From positions 16,494,001-16,558,000 of the forward strand of contig NC_045696.1 in assembly GCF_009834535.1 (NCBI RefSeq): a stretch of DNA of 64,000 bases, in the 5' to 3' direction. A program made the position numbers and the translations under genes. The DNA comes from Camelus ferus. Lineage: Eukaryota. This document shows positions 37,682 to 52,015 of this stretch, one piece after another (positions within the stretch are counted from its first letter, which is position 1; the number at the start of each line of letters is the position of its first letter). The notes below the pieces were generated by a model that saw nothing but the letters and a program-made list of their open reading frames with translations, made no database searches and had not been told where the DNA came from.

Positions 37682-40084
37682 GAGGTGATATTCCTCTCCC
37701 CTCCCAATTCAAACACAAGTCCCCGAGTTGGTAATGGCAGAACCCCTTGTGTTTGGGTTCACATGGAGGGTTACAGATTCTGTCTGAGAAGGGTTTTCAT
37801 GTTCCCCACACCACACATCAACACACTGATATAATGTCCTTAGAAGGCGATGTCACACAAAAAATTTGGACTGCACCCTGAAATAAACCCTCAGTGGAGT
37901 GCCCATCGGGAGAGGAACTGCCTCCTGCAGCCACTTATCTCTGGGATGTCACACTGTGCTGTGGTGATGTCACCTTTGTGATGGCAGTCTGTGACAGCAG
38001 GACCTCTGCCCTCACCAGGTCCCTCTGAGGACTCAGGGTGCACTCTAGCCATGGAGGTGCCCCCCAGAGGCCCCCTCCTTCCCAACTGTATGTCTGTTGT
38101 TTTCATAGTTATGTATTTTAAAGCAAAAGTTTATTACTTTAAGAGTTGTTTTTTTTTTAACATTGTACCCTTCTCTCTCTATAATATATTATGATATATT
38201 AAGTGTGTGTAGATATCATATATAATATATTATCTATAACCCTATTATTATAGGGTTATACCATCCAGTCTGGATTAGGGTTAGAGTTACGGTTAGGCAC
38301 ACAGACACAGTGCTGTGCTGAGAATGGACACACAGTTCGGCACAATGCTACGTTGATGATAAACCAAAGCAGCTTAATTATAACAGAAAAGAAAAATGAT
38401 CTTACATAGTTTTCTCTCCACGTAGAGAAATAATTATCCTTTGCCTTCTGTGTATTCTGCTCAGAGAGCAGAATTTCCATTCTGCCTCACCTTACGAATC
38501 CTTTTGATTCCTGAGTACCTGTCAACTTTGTGCTTTATGCTGCCTCTGATCACGCTCCTGGCTTGTTTAAAGTTAAACAGCAAGGACTCCTTATGTCAGA
38601 AAGTACTAAAATTTTTAATGATTATAATTTATTGTCTGCTCTGTTTATTTTGAGATACTGCACCATCACTTTTGCTAATGAAATGGTTATATTTATCTTT
38701 TGTTAGTGGAATCAACCTTCTCTAACCATAGTTTTTGATATTGCCTTCCTAAGAGAAGGTGTTACATTCAGAAAAATCAACTGTCAGATGTCTTTGACAC
38801 CCGATTCCTTCTTGATATTTCCTGGGTAGTTTCTAGGGAGCACAAAAGGTTTAATTTCTCCCCTTATGAAAGGAAGATGGTGTAAATATTGAAACTTATT
38901 TGGTATGCTCCATATTTTTAAATTAGCTCAATATTATATTATTATAAATTATTATAAATTTTATATTGTATATTAATATACAATATTATAAAAATTAGAC
39001 TACAGTTTAGAGACAAACACTGAAAGTCTGTGAATTAAAAAAGTTACATATAAAGTGTACACATAAATATGATTCAGTGACATACAAAAATTTTTTAGGA
39101 TGGGTACATTTAGGATGAGTACTCTTTTTTAGAAATGTACTCCAACTTACGTACAAGAACTGTCACAATGATTCAACAGTTAGCAGAAAATTTCATTTCT
39201 AAGTTAAAATATACTTGCTTACAAGTGACTTTTGTGGCTCATACTTTAGGTGGTCAAATGGAAAAGTCCCAAAGATTTGTCAATGTGTTTTCAGTCCACA
39301 AAACTTTTTTTAAATACATAATTGTGCTTTATTATCATCTGAATCGTTAAGAAATAATATGGGCCTACATACGTTATATATTACCCCAGTGGAGGACTTC
39401 ACTTCTCCATTCTGTATTCTTCAGTTGCTGTAACTGGTTAACCCAAGACTCTCAGTGATGTGGCTTCTACTTTCCTTTCACATTGCATGAAGGTCTTTAC
39501 TATAAGCTACAGGCTAATGATTGCATTTTCTGAAAGAGACATCCAAGACAGGCACACTTTAAACCATAGAAGAATGATCTGTATTAAGATTCTTAGTCTC
39601 TGGATTTATAGAAATATTTCAGCTCATGAGCAAATGCCTTCCTGAAGGTAAGTTGACTGCTAACCCAAGATCGACAGAACAAACGGATGACTTCCAGAAG
39701 CAGATCACCAACTTATGACCATTAGAAAAATTATTATCATGAGATTCATAAAACTGATCAGAAAAATCTGCCTGTATACTTTTAAAGTTTGGCCACTGTT
39801 CTTAGTAATTGAAATTTGACAGCCTTCAATCTTAAAGTCCTTTGTTCCATTTTTGTCGTTTCTCTAACCATTTAATGATCACTTTTGCATATACATGCTG
39901 TCTTTACAACCAAACTTGGAAATCATACTCACAAATTGTACTAAGAAATGATACAAAAGAATTCAAGAATTTCGACCTTCACTGGGTCAATTTGTAGGAA
40001 ACAAAAGATCCCACCTCATATACAGAAAAGGTGCATATAGATTAGTCTATAAATAACTTTGCCCTTCTTGGAGTAATAAACTGT

Positions 40085-40880
40085 GTGCTAACACTAATAT
40101 AAAATTCTGTCAAATGCTTTTTCAGCATCTATTGAGATGGCCACGTGACTTTTATCTTTTGTATTGTTAACATAGTGTGTCACATTGATTGTTTTCTGCA
40201 TATTGACCCATCCTTGCAACCCTGAAACAATTCCACTTGATCATGATGTATGGTCCTTTTCATTATTGTTGAATTTGGCTTGTTAATATTTTGTCGAGAA
40301 TTTTTGCATCTATATTCATAGGGATGTTGGCCAATAGTTTTCTTTCTTTGAAGTTTCCTTGTCTCATTTTGGTGTCAGGGTAATAGTGGCCTCTTGGAAT
40401 GAGTTTGAAAGTGTTCATTGATCTTCAGGTTTTTTTTGGAATAGTTTAAGATAATAGGTATTAACTCTTCTTTAAATGTTTGGTAGAATCCCCCTGTGAA
40501 GCCATCTGGTCCTAGACTTCTGTTGGGAGTCTTTTGATTACTGATCCAATTTTATTACTAGTGATTGATCTGTTCATATTTTCTATTTCTTTCTGTTTCA
40601 GTCTTGGAAGATTAACTATTTCTAGGAATTTATCCATTTCTCTGTTCTTTTACATGTAGCTGTCCAGTTTTCCCAGAACCACTTATTGAAGAGACTGTCT
40701 TTTCTCCATTGTATATTCTTGCCTCCTTTGTCATAGAGTAATTGATCATAAGTGCATGGGTTTCTTTTCAGACTTTCTATCCTGTTCCATTGATCTATGT
40801 GCCTGTTTTTGTGTCAGAGCCATACTGTTTTGATTATTGTAGCTTTGTAGTGTAGTGTGAAGTCAGGGAGCGTGATTCCC
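40085..40880 (-). mobile_element. L1 ORF2 fragments (two non-contiguous segments joined near 40640)
   Basis: gtcaaatgctttttcagcatctattgagat, gtgaagccatctggtcct, ttattgaagagactgtcttttctccattg. Confidence 0.85.
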
Positions 40881-43355
40881 CCTCCCCCCCCACCCCAATC
40901 ATTCAACTTCTTTGATCTGTATTTTTCCTTTTACACTGTAGTGATTGATGACATTTATTTTCCATTTTGCAACCATGGTTAAATCTTCCAAGTTTGTTTA
41001 CAGATTCATGGTACAAATTGAAACCCAGTAGTCAGAATTTACATTATTAGAGAAAATATAATTTTTCCCTTGAAGAGTATTGCCTTTGCCATAGTCTTAT
41101 TTCCTCCCTGCCCCAGTCTCTTCATCATGCTCTCTATTCTGTCAAGTTCTGTTTCCTAGAGACCTCTCCTCTGTCTTCCCAACCCAGTATGGAAGAGATG
41201 TCCCTGACTTACTGCACTGTTGTCATCTTGACACTTTTCTCACTATTCTTCTAGGTTAGAGACATCGTTCCCTGGATGTCCTTTCCTTTCCTGTTATTCC
41301 ATTCTCTAATAACTTCCTAAGAGGGAATGATAGATTAAGTTACTCATTCTTACATGTTTGCAATGACCCCATGCTTGTGTTCTGAAAGTTGCTGGTTGTT
41401 GTAGAGTGTTCTAAGTGAGCAGGTAAATCTAGGTTACAATCAGGAAGCAGTTCTGGGAAAGCTTTTCTGGCTAAATCTCAAAAGAGAGGGATTAGAATCC
41501 ATAAGATTTTGTAATTTGAACTGTGACTTATTTTTCTTACATAAATATTTATTTTTACACAAGTTTTATATTTTTAATTTTGTATTTTTAAAAAGATCCT
41601 CAGTATTGATTAAGTTTTAGGTTACACAAAAATCTAGATTTTTATTAGCTTAATTTCTCTAATGCCTTTTCTAAGTTATTTTCTGCTTTTTTTTTTTTTT
41701 TGGTTTTATGTGTTTCCTTGAGGTAATTTTGTAGTAGGTAATTTTATATTACCTTTTTCCCCACAAATGTCTGGTGATCTTTCATTTTCCATTCATATTT
41801 CAAAGTGAGAAGATAGAAAAGCTGACTCTGAGGTCTGTGAACAGGGGTGGGACCTGTTAACTGGCAAGTTTTCCTTTAGGGAACTTGGAGGTAGGGTGGG
41901 GTCTCTGGTGCTGACCCCCAGTTACTTCAGTTTTCCCCAAAGAGTTCACTCCATATTTAAAGAGAAGAATTCCCCATTTTTTTCTTCCTTAGGGGTAAAC
42001 AATTGGCTCTCAGGAGGGGACTGACTGTTTCTCAGCAGCCTCTTGTTTTTAGGACCCACGCTCACTTCCACCATCTGGCTTACCAAAGACGGTATTTCTG
42101 AGTGTTACTGGTAGACCAGGAAGGTGCCTTCCATTGGTACATCTCTGTGTGTGTGTTTTAGGCTGCACCTCCCTCTATTGTGCATCACCAAGAACTATTC
42201 ATGCTTTGCGTCTTCCAGAAACTTACTGGATCCCTTATTTACTAATGGTCCCCCTCTTATTCTCTCAGCTGTGGGTTTACTGTGCTGTAACAGGACCTTG
42301 GCAGATAGAGGAAATTAATTACACTCAACTGTGCCTTGAACTTGGAGCCCTCTGGAGCTTTAATCTCCTCACCAGCCAACTCATAGCTTAATAGATGGCT
42401 CAGCTTTGGCTGCCTATGCTTTTAGGTTTTTTTTTTTTTTTTTTTTTGATTTTCCCCCCCGGGATTTCTTTTGAAAAAGACTCTTTTTGAGTGAACGCTT
42501 TATTTGTTTATATCTTGTTTCAGATGACATTCAGCATCTGTTTTATCTCTTTATATCTTCAAAAAATCCTCACCGTTTTTTCCTGAATTGTTATGTTTAT
42601 TCAAATTTTTATATTGTGTCATTTCAGGGGGATTTATGGTGGGAAGAAAAGGAAATGTGTATGCTTAGTCAACCATCTTCAATTGGAAGCAACAAATTTC
42701 AAATTTTTAAATGATCTAATTCAATGGCCTTTTGTCTTTTAATAAAAACCTTATAGCCTATAAATCAGAAAGCTTTCAGAAAAAGCAGTCTAGAAATATA
42801 ATTATGCACACACATTTATGGATGGTTCTAATGAACTTCTCTTTAAAAATATTTGATCCTGAAGACATACTCTAAAACTTCTTATCAATTACACTCTATG
42901 TTTGACTTATTTTCTTCTCACAAGATATATATTTTTATCTGCCCCTTCCTCTTTTGGTTGGGTATTTAACTCCTTCATCCTGAATGATTCAAAACCTTCC
43001 CATCTTTCTTTGAAATTTTACTGTATTTTAAATTCTTTTCTTATATGACTGTTCTGACAAAGACCATTGACATTTTAGGTGAACCAGAATCCATTGAAAA
43101 TTACAAGAAATATTCTGTGTATTAGGTTATTTAAACTGAAAAGAAAATACAGTGTTTTGCTGGGTACCCTCAGATAAGTATATATCCATGAATTAATCCA
43201 ATAAAAGATTTTTTTGAATGCATACAACGTGCCAGACATATTTTAGGCTCTAAAAGTGACCTAGTGACTAGTGACTGAGACAGAAAAATCCCTGACCTCA
43301 TGATGTTTACATTCTAGCAGAAGACAATCAACAAAGTAAATAGGTAAAAGATATG

Positions 43356-43790
43356 TGTATTAGGATTCTCCAGAGAAAATCTACAGCATATATATATAAA
43401 TGAGATTTACTATAAAGAATTGGCTCATGCAGTATGGAGGCTGGCAAGTCCCAAGGTCTGCAGGCTAAACTGGCAAGCTGGAGATCCAGGAAAGCTGATG
43501 GTTTAGTTGCAGTCTGTGTCCTAAGACCTGAGACCCAGGAGAGCCAGAGGTCTAGTCCCATTCCAAAAGCTGCCAGGTTTGAAACCCAGGAAGAGCCTGT
43601 GGTTCAGTTTGAGTTTGAAGGCAAGAAGAAGCCAATGTTTTTACTCAAAGACAGTCAAGCAAAAAGAGTTCCTTCTTGTGCAGAAGGATCAGTCTTCTGT
43701 TCTCTTTTGCCCTTCGTTAATTAGATAAGCCCCACCCATACTGGGGAGAAAGATCTGCTTTACTCAATCTACCTATTAAAATGGTAATCT
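43356..43790. mobile_element. MLT2 LTR, left part (interrupted by the FAT1 retrocopy)
   Basis: tgtattaggattctccagaga ... gatctgctttactcaatctac. Confidence 0.8.
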
Positions 43791-46634
43791 AGAGGATAAA
43801 AACAAATTGGAAACTGATCACGAGGCTTAGAACATACTCTCTACATGCAGTTGTAATGTATGCTTGAGGAACTGACTATAGCATCTTGCAGATTCATAAT
43901 GAAAGACTACAACACTAATTTGACAGTGGAAGAGGCCCTGGAATTGTGTTTGTTAAAACATTCAAGCCAGTGATGAGCTATGACATACAGTGTCCCTTGA
44001 AGTGAATGGAAACTATGACAGATTGGTTCTAGACCAAGTCAATACAGCACAAGGCACATTCCCAGGGGCTCTGAAAACCCTATACCTGGATAATCAACCG
44101 CGTGTTTTTTGGCAGTCATATCCATCAGCAAGGCACAAGGCATGAAAGAAGCCCCTAAGTTAGTCATGGTTTCAGGGGCTGTATTGTATGGATTGAATTT
44201 ATTTGAATGGGCAGGATATCTCTTTAAATAGCAAAATCAAGAGGCTATGCACACACTGAAGAATTGGTGTATATATCTCCCGAGGGCTTATGTCGGCCAT
44301 AGAAGACTGCCCAAGTGACCCTTGCCAGAGTAAAGGCATTTGCAATCCATCTCCGGCTGGAGGTTAGTATTGAGAATTGCAGTGCCTTCAACATAGGGGC
44401 ATATTGTGAAGTGAGCATAAGTCCGTGTTCCTCCAATCTGTGCCTTTGTGGTGGTAATGCACTGTGGGCAGTGGACTTTGTTTGCCAATGTAGATGATTA
44501 TGTACTGGTCAGAGGTGCCAGCTCAGTCCATGTTGCAAAGATTGAACCCTGTAAAAATGGTGGAATATGTTTTGACAGTTGGGATGGTACTGTTTGTTAG
44601 TATGATTCAGGTTTTAGGGGAGAAATGTGTCAGAGTGACATCAGTGAATGCGCTGGAAACTCCTACCATAACAGGGACTTTTACGAGAATACGCATGGCT
44701 CCTATCAGTGTAACTGCAGCCTTGAGTACAGACGGAAAGCACTGGGAGACCACAACGCTTAATCAACATGTGTTGACTCTATGAAGTATTAGCTTGGCTG
44801 AAAGAATTAGGATTGTTTTTATAATGAGGATCTTTTTATTGGTGGTGGTGGTGTTCGTCCTTTGCTGCAAGATGAGTTGTTGAAAGAAGAAACACCAGGC
44901 TGAACCTGAAGACAAACATGTGGGACCGTCCATGGCTTTTCCTGCAAAGACTGTGGTTTGAGTCAAAGTTAAATAAGAACGTTTGCTTAGACGTACCGCC
45001 CCAGGTGTCTAACCATCCTATTTCCTACACTCTAGGCGTTCAGTGTTATTCTAGGAACAGCCTTTACTGAAATTCTTTTGAAGGATCTGTTATACCACAG
45101 CATCCTGAATTCAGCACCTTTAACCCTGAGCCTGAGCACAGACACGGAAGTGCAGTGGTTGTCTGTGTGGTGCTCTACACTTGCCTCCCGCTGCTCCTTC
45201 AAACTCTCCTCCTGACAGGGACTCAATACTGAAGCCTAACAGGGACTCCACCACTACATACTGAAGTACTGATCTTGATTCCTGTCTTTGCAAGAAACCT
45301 TTAGAAGAAAGGCCTTCTTCTTCACACAGTGCCTGGGAAAGCCTGTGTGAAGGGCAATCCCTTAGTCCCTTTCCATCTGAATCGTGTGATGACAAGGGGT
45401 CTCACCAGGATACATCGGACTGGATGCCAAGTTTTCCTCTCCCAGATAGACAAGAATTCCCCAGTTACTGATGAGCAGACAGCCCTGTACTCAACAGATC
45501 CAAATGCCATTGATATAGACAATTACCCTGAAGGTTGCGACATTGAAAGTGATTTTTCTGCCACCACTAGACTTTCGCGTGCCTGATGAACTGCCCCCGT
45601 GACCTCCAGAACTAAGTGAGCAATGTGAATCCGCAGACCCTCTGAGAGACATGCTGGCTGAAGGTAGTTTGGGTTCTTCATTGAGAAACTGGCCAAAGGT
45701 CAACCTGAATCAGTGACAACAGTGCCCAGTTTCCATCCCATCAATATGTCTGAACCCCAAAAAGCAGGCACTGGTGAGAATAGCACTTGTAGGGAACCGT
45801 ACACCCCTTACCCTCCAGGCTATCAAAGAAAACGTGAACGTCTCCACTGTAGAAAACATGCCTGTGTCTGTGTTCGCGTCCACACCTTCCTGCTCTGATG
45901 CGTCCGTGTGGGGAGTCCAAAGTCATGATGACTGACCACGGGAGTGCAGATGACTGCCCCTTTGAAGAGGTGATGATCCCGCCACTAGATTCACAGCAAC
46001 ATATGGAAATCTGATGCCAAAACTCCCCCAAAGTGCCTGGACTTTAATGAACTAAGAGATTATATAAGTAATTTTCTGTATTGCCTAAGCATTTTTTTTC
46101 AGTGAGCTGAAAGGAGCATGAATCTCATGCTTCTTGACATATGAGGCATTTCCAGTGTCCTAACCTGCTGTTTTTAGATGAGGTTTACGTTGGCTGTGAC
46201 ATTTCTGAACACTTTTTATGTTTACATTTGTCTGTGTTAAAATCATGAGGCGAAAATCAGTCCTCCCATCTTGGGAGCATGATTCATGTATTTATATAGA
46301 TTTGATTATTTTAATTTTCCTGGGTTTCTTTTTTTTTTTGGTAATTTTTATATACAGATTTGATTTTTCATAGTTTGAACTGGACTTCCGAAATGTTTTG
46401 TGCATTTGTTTTTGGTGTTAGTGTCATTGCTTAGCATCCTGATTTTTTAAAATATAACTGGCGTTTCACTATATGTCTCTTTTCACTGAAGTATGGCTGT
46501 TTAGAACCAAAACCATCATGACAGTTTTTATAGTGTTTGTATAGTTGTGATGCAATGGTCTTGTAAAGGTTTTTACCGAAAACTACCATTAGCCAGTTCT
46601 TTTTACTGACAATAAATGATTGATAAAATTAAAA
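43791..46634 (+). pseudogene. FAT1: 5'-truncated processed pseudogene of FAT1 (laminin-G, EGF repeats, TM, cytoplasmic tail, 3'UTR)
   Basis: Intronless, frameshifted FAT1-like peptides: RLRTYS, PCKNGG, KKKHQAEPEDKH, DEQTALYSTDPNAID, GTGENSTCREPYTPYPPGYQR, FEEVMIPPLDSQQHMEI* (stop at 46012-46014). AATAAA at 46611-46616, an A-tail remnant and a degenerate TSD. Confidence 0.95.
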
Positions 46635-46744
46635 AAAATATTAACCTCATTCAGAAATACTCTCACAAGTACACTCAGAATAATGTTTGACTGAAGGTAT
46701 GGGCACCCCATGACCTAGTCAAGTGGACAGAGTTAACCATCATA
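46635..46744. mobile_element. MLT2 LTR, right part
   Basis: Resumes with ctcattcagaaatactctcaca ... cctagtcaagtggaca ... aaccatca. Confidence 0.8.
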
Positions 46745-47036
46745 CTCTGGTGTATTAGATGGAGCATGTCTGTCATATTGAGGAACAGCCAGGAGGCTGG
46801 TGTGTCTGGAGTGGAGTGAACATAAAGTATAGAAGGAGGAGATGAGGCCACAGACGTAATGGGGGGCCAGGTAGACTAAAGCTTGGTAGACCATTTGGCT
46901 GTTACTGGGAGTGGGAGCCAACAGAGGGATTTGAACAGAGAAGTGACTTGGTCTGATTTAAGTTCTAAGTATCTCACTGGCTGCAGTTTTGAGAATTGAC
47001 TGCAGTGGTGAAAATGGGGAGTTCACTTAGGTTGCC

Positions 47037-47475
47037 TGTAGTGGGCTGAATGGTCCCCCCCCCCCCAAATATGTCCATATCTTAATCCTAAAAGCTCTGA
47101 ATGTTACCTTATTTGGAAAAAGGGTCTTTGTAGTTACAATTAAGTATCCTGAGATGAGGAGATCATCCTAGATTGTAAGAGAAAGACAGAGGGAGAACTG
47201 GGATAGACAGAAGAGGAGCAGACAGACAGAGAGGAGGAGGCAATGTAGCCATGAAGGCGGAGTGGGGAGGCCACAAATGTAGGAATACTCACAGTCTCCA
47301 GAAGCTGGAAGAGGCAAGGAAGGATTTTCCTCTAGAACTTTCAGAGGGAGCACAGTCCTACCCAGACCTTGACTTCAAACTCCTGGCCTTCAGAACTCTG
47401 AGAGAAAAAATTTCTGTCGTTTCAAGCCACCTAGTTTGTGGTAATTTGTTACGGCAGCTACAGAAAAGAATGTAC
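47037..47475 (+). mobile_element. MLT1C/D-like LTR
   Basis: tgtagtgggctgaatggtcccc ... tttgtggtaatttgttacggcagc. Confidence 0.8.
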
Positions 47476-48457
47476 GAGGCCCTTGTGATAATCTTGGTGT
47501 GAGAAGTTGCTAGCTCAGCTCTTTCCCATAGACTCTGGATCCTGGCTGCCTAATGGCTGTCCCCAGATTACCCAACAGGCCACTCAATCTCAGCTTCAGT
47601 CATCCCTTTCTTATTTTGATTCTGCTCCACTTCCTGAATTCCCTACTTCAGTTGACCATACATCATTCTTCTTGGCATTTATTTCACTGTGGGTAGTTTT
47701 ATGAACTACTTCTTCCCAAGCAGAGTTAAGTACTTTCTTTCTTTCTCCCCCCCCCTCCTCATGAGACCCTGCCTATAGATCTAATATGACAATGATAATG
47801 TTCTATTATGCGTTCATCTCTTTCTCTGCACACTCTGAAGGGCAGGGACTGTGTTTCATTTATTTATCTCGTGGTCTAAGCACTTGGTATATTGTCTGTT
47901 TAGAGCACATGCTTAATATGATTTACAAAGTGAATAATCTATCTTCCTAATCACTCAAGCCAGAAGTCTTAGAGATGCTCTTGGTTCTTCATGCCTCATT
48001 AATCTCTATATTGAATTGGCCATTTACCGCTATTCACTTTACTTTCCAAATACCTTTTGTATCTGCCTCCCACTTGCCATCCTTGCTGTCATCAACCTGG
48101 TTTTCACAGTTATTCACTGGAACTATTTCAAAGTGCTTACTTCCTCCAGTTTTATGGTTTATTCACCACATAGCTGTGAGGATGAGGTTTTAAACATGTA
48201 CATTTGGTCATTGTATTTCCTGTTAAAATGACCTTGGTGACTTTCAAAGAACTTATCTGACATACAAGTTTTTTCCATGTTCTGGCTATTTTATGTCCTC
48301 ACAGTGCAATTGTGTTGAACTACTTGTTCTTTATTCATGTAAATCTATAGATCTACATCTTCACCACAGGGCGTTGGTGATAGGCTCTCAGGGCAGAAAG
48401 GTTTATAAGAGATGATTCCTACCCTCAGTGAATTCTTAGATGAATATTGGAGGCAGT

Positions 48458-48755
48458 CTTTTTTTTTAATTTTGTTTTATTTTATTTTATTTATTGAAGT
48501 ACAGTTGATTTGCAATGTTTCAGGGGTACAGCAAAGTGGTTCAGTTAGACATATATATATTTATCTATTGTTTTTCAGATTCTTTTCCATTATAGGTTAT
48601 TACAAAATATTGAATATAGTTTCCTGTGCTATACAGTAGGTTCTTACTGTTTATCTATTTTATATATAGTAATGTGCACCTGTTAATCCCAAATTCCTAA
48701 TTTATCCCTGCCTACCTTTCCCCTTTGGTAGCCATGAGTTTCTTTTCTATGTCTG
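48458..48755 (-). mobile_element. L1 3'UTR fragment
   Basis: T tail, ttattgaagtacagttgattt, tagtttcctgtgctatacagtagg. Confidence 0.8.
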
Positions 48756-48899
48756 GAGACGGTAATTTTAGATGTTATAATTGTTACAATAAAATTGATT
48801 CTAAGAGTGATATAAACACTTGAAAGAAATATGTAGCCAGATCGGGGGATGAAATTGTCACACACAGACTGGTAGAGAGGATAAGAGATAACATACGAG

Positions 48900-50260
48900 C
48901 TATCTGAAAGGATAAGTAGGAATTAGTCAGGTAAAGAAGAAAAGGTGGCTTTTCAATTTTCAGCTAGAGGAAACTGTATTTGCAGAGGGAGAAAGTGCTC
49001 TCTTGGGGAAAACTGTGTGAACCTGTGTGTGTGAGTTGGGGGTAGTGATGAGACTGCAATTACCAGAAGCGGGTAGGTCAGAAACGACTTGTATAGCTGG
49101 TTAAGGGATTTGAATATTCTGCTCAAGGCAGTCAAGAATTATTGAAAGACGTAAATGCATAAGTGGCATGACCATATTTAGTTTTAAGAGAAATAATTCT
49201 GTGAGGACTCTAATCAATGGATTGGAGTAGAGCAAGAATGGAGGCAATGGAAGACCTTGGCAGTGGTTCAGTGGCAATGATTCTTGTAAAGTTATGAGAA
49301 CTTGAACTAAATCCGTAGTCAGAGAATTAAGTCAGGGAATCAGAGAAGAAGCTATAACTTTGAAAGGTAGAACTAGTAGTATTTGATACCTGACATATGG
49401 GTCAGGGAGAAGGATGATTTAGGGGTGGTTCTGAGGCTTCTGGTTTGGGAGAAGAGAAAAATACAGGAAATACAGGAAAAGAGTACTGAGAGGAAGATGG
49501 TCACATTGAACTAAGGTGCTTACTGGACATCCAAGGGTAGACATGAGTGCACAATTAGTTTGGTTTCAGATATATATTTTGGAGTCACTGGCATATAGGC
49601 ATTATTTGATGCCCTGGAGATTACATAATATCAGATAGGAAAATATTAGTGTGGGAAGAGAAGAGATGAGGAAAAAGGCCTGTTCAACCTCAAAAAGTCT
49701 GAGAACCTCAATACTTATGAGATGATTGAAGGAAGAGAGAGAAGTGGAAGGACAAGAAAGGAGGAAAACCATAGAAGAGTTTTAAAACCCCCAGCTAAGG
49801 AGGGAGTTTTGTGACACGGGGATGTTCTGCAGATTTAGGTGCAGCAGGGAAGTCAAGTAACATAAAAACTTCAACATTTTCTTTGAATCTGGCAACTGGA
49901 AGATCTTTGATAATATTAGTGAGAGCAGGTCCAGGAGAAAGTGAGGATAGAAACTGTCTTACAGCAGTGGTTTGAAGAGGAGATGCATGTTTATAAATGG
50001 GACATAAGATTGTAGACAACTTTTTCAAGTAGGAAGTAGTTTGGCATTGACGAGAATGATGTATGGTAGTAGCTATAAGACACAGAGGGTCAAAAAGCAA
50101 GACTTTTTAAACAGAAACACTGATGAGGAGATTAATATGCTGAAGGAAAAGAGCTAGAAAGAGAGAGACAGCTAAGTATATGGTCAGGAAGGGATAATTA
50201 ATTTAGGACTATCCCTAAAGATATGGAGGAAGAATTAGATACAGAGCTCAGGGAAAAATA
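48900..50260 (-). mobile_element. Degraded L2
   Basis: Long purine-rich stretch with L2 motifs (ggacatccaag, ttgaatctggcaactggaagatc). Confidence 0.55.
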
Positions 50261-51938
50261 TTTAGCTATAATTTTTTTCAGGGGAAACAGTAACTAAAGA
50301 ATAGCAAGATAATGGCTTAAAAGGTCTGGATATGAGCACTAAAGCTCGCTGAAAGATGTAGATAACTTATCTTGTTAAAATCTGAGAAAAAAGGCAATAT
50401 TTTCTCCTGAATGCAAAATGGTAAACTAATAGCAAACATCTAAATATAAAACATAAGATAATAACAACAACTGAGTAGTGAGAGTAGGGGAGACAATTAA
50501 ATATGTTCTAAGTTAAATACTAACTCTTACAAGATCTTGATTGACTCCTATCAATCTTAGGGTCTTGGCTTGGATGTCGTTTCCTCCATAAAATGTTCTT
50601 TGAGTAGCTCAGTCAAGGTGGGGTCTCTCCTATGTGATTCTGTAGCATCTTTTGCTTTCCTACAGTTGCCCGTGGAATACTGAGTTGTAACTCTCAGTTC
50701 ACGTGCTTATTTTCCAACTAGATTTCAAGCTACTTACGGATAAGCACCAGGTTTATCATTTTTACCATTTGATTTTCAAATCTCATTACAGTAGTTGGCA
50801 AGAGTAAGGGCTCAATATGTGTTGACTGAATATATGAGTCATTCTTGATTCTGAAATTTGGACTTATAGATTACAAAATGATTTAAAAATGTAAATGTAA
50901 CCATAAATAGAATTTTAAAAAACAACATTTTTCTCTTTACTAGAGACTAGCATAGATAGCTGAATCATATTGTAAATTGTAAACAAGAAATGATTAAAAG
51001 TAGCATTAAAGGATACATTTAATATGAAATATATAAATTATGACAATATTTATAAATGTGTTAAACTCTTTTATTAAAAGAACAATCCTTTCAAGTAGGA
51101 TTTAAAAATTCAACAAAATGATATTGAAAAAAGGTACTATTTAAGCAAAATCACCTAAAAAGTTAGAAGTCAAAGAATGAGCACTGGTCAATACAAACCA
51201 AAAGAAAGCTGGCACCCAAAGCAAAACCATTACCATATAGTAAAGGGGAAACTCACATTTTGCCATTCTTTTTTCATCTGTCTCTACCTCTTTAAGGATG
51301 TGTGCATTTCATTAGTGAGTTATTGCTGTTGTATTTCAGAGCATATTCTAGAGATCATATTCTTTCACTAATAACCACTTAAGTAATGTAGATATCATTG
51401 ACAGTTTTTGTGTCCTGTACACAAAGAATATGTTCATAGGACATTACAACATGATCACATATTAGGACACATAAACTCAACGTGTTATAAAAAAGCAGAA
51501 CAGTTACAACACACAACCCCTGAACATGATGTAGGACACACAAAAATTAACAATATAAGTTTGACGTAAAGATCCAATCATTTGGAAATAAAAAAAACCT
51601 TATCTGTGTAACTTTCAGATCTAGAGGAATTACAGAATATTTAGAATGAAGTGACAACCAGAGTAGTAAGATTGTACTCAAGAATTTTAAACATGTTATT
51701 TATTTTATTAAATAAGAAAAAATAAAGCTTAAACGGGTTGTGTTAAAACAAGAAGTTAAAAGAGGGCTATACAAGGAATCTAGAACCAACAGTAGGACAG
51801 AACAAAAAAGATTAAAGCAGAAAATTATGAATTTAAAACCAAATTTAATATATATATTCCAAACTCACTTCCTTGAAAGGATCAATTAATAGATGAGCCT
51901 CAAGCAGAACAACAAAAACAACCACAGCAACAGGAAAG

Positions 51939-51941
51939 TGA

Positions 51942-51977
<36 letters not shown>

Positions 51978-52015
51978 CAGAGAGAGGAGAGAGAGAGAGA
52001 AGGGAAGGGAGGAAA
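51939..52015. repeat. (GA)n/(GAGACA)n purine microsatellite
   Basis: Seen directly. Confidence 0.92.

Noticed and set aside
44245..46031. Cluster of Cys-rich ORFs suggesting a functional EGF-domain gene
   Set aside because: Fragments of the FAT1 retrocopy with many stops and frameshifts and no signal peptide or start.
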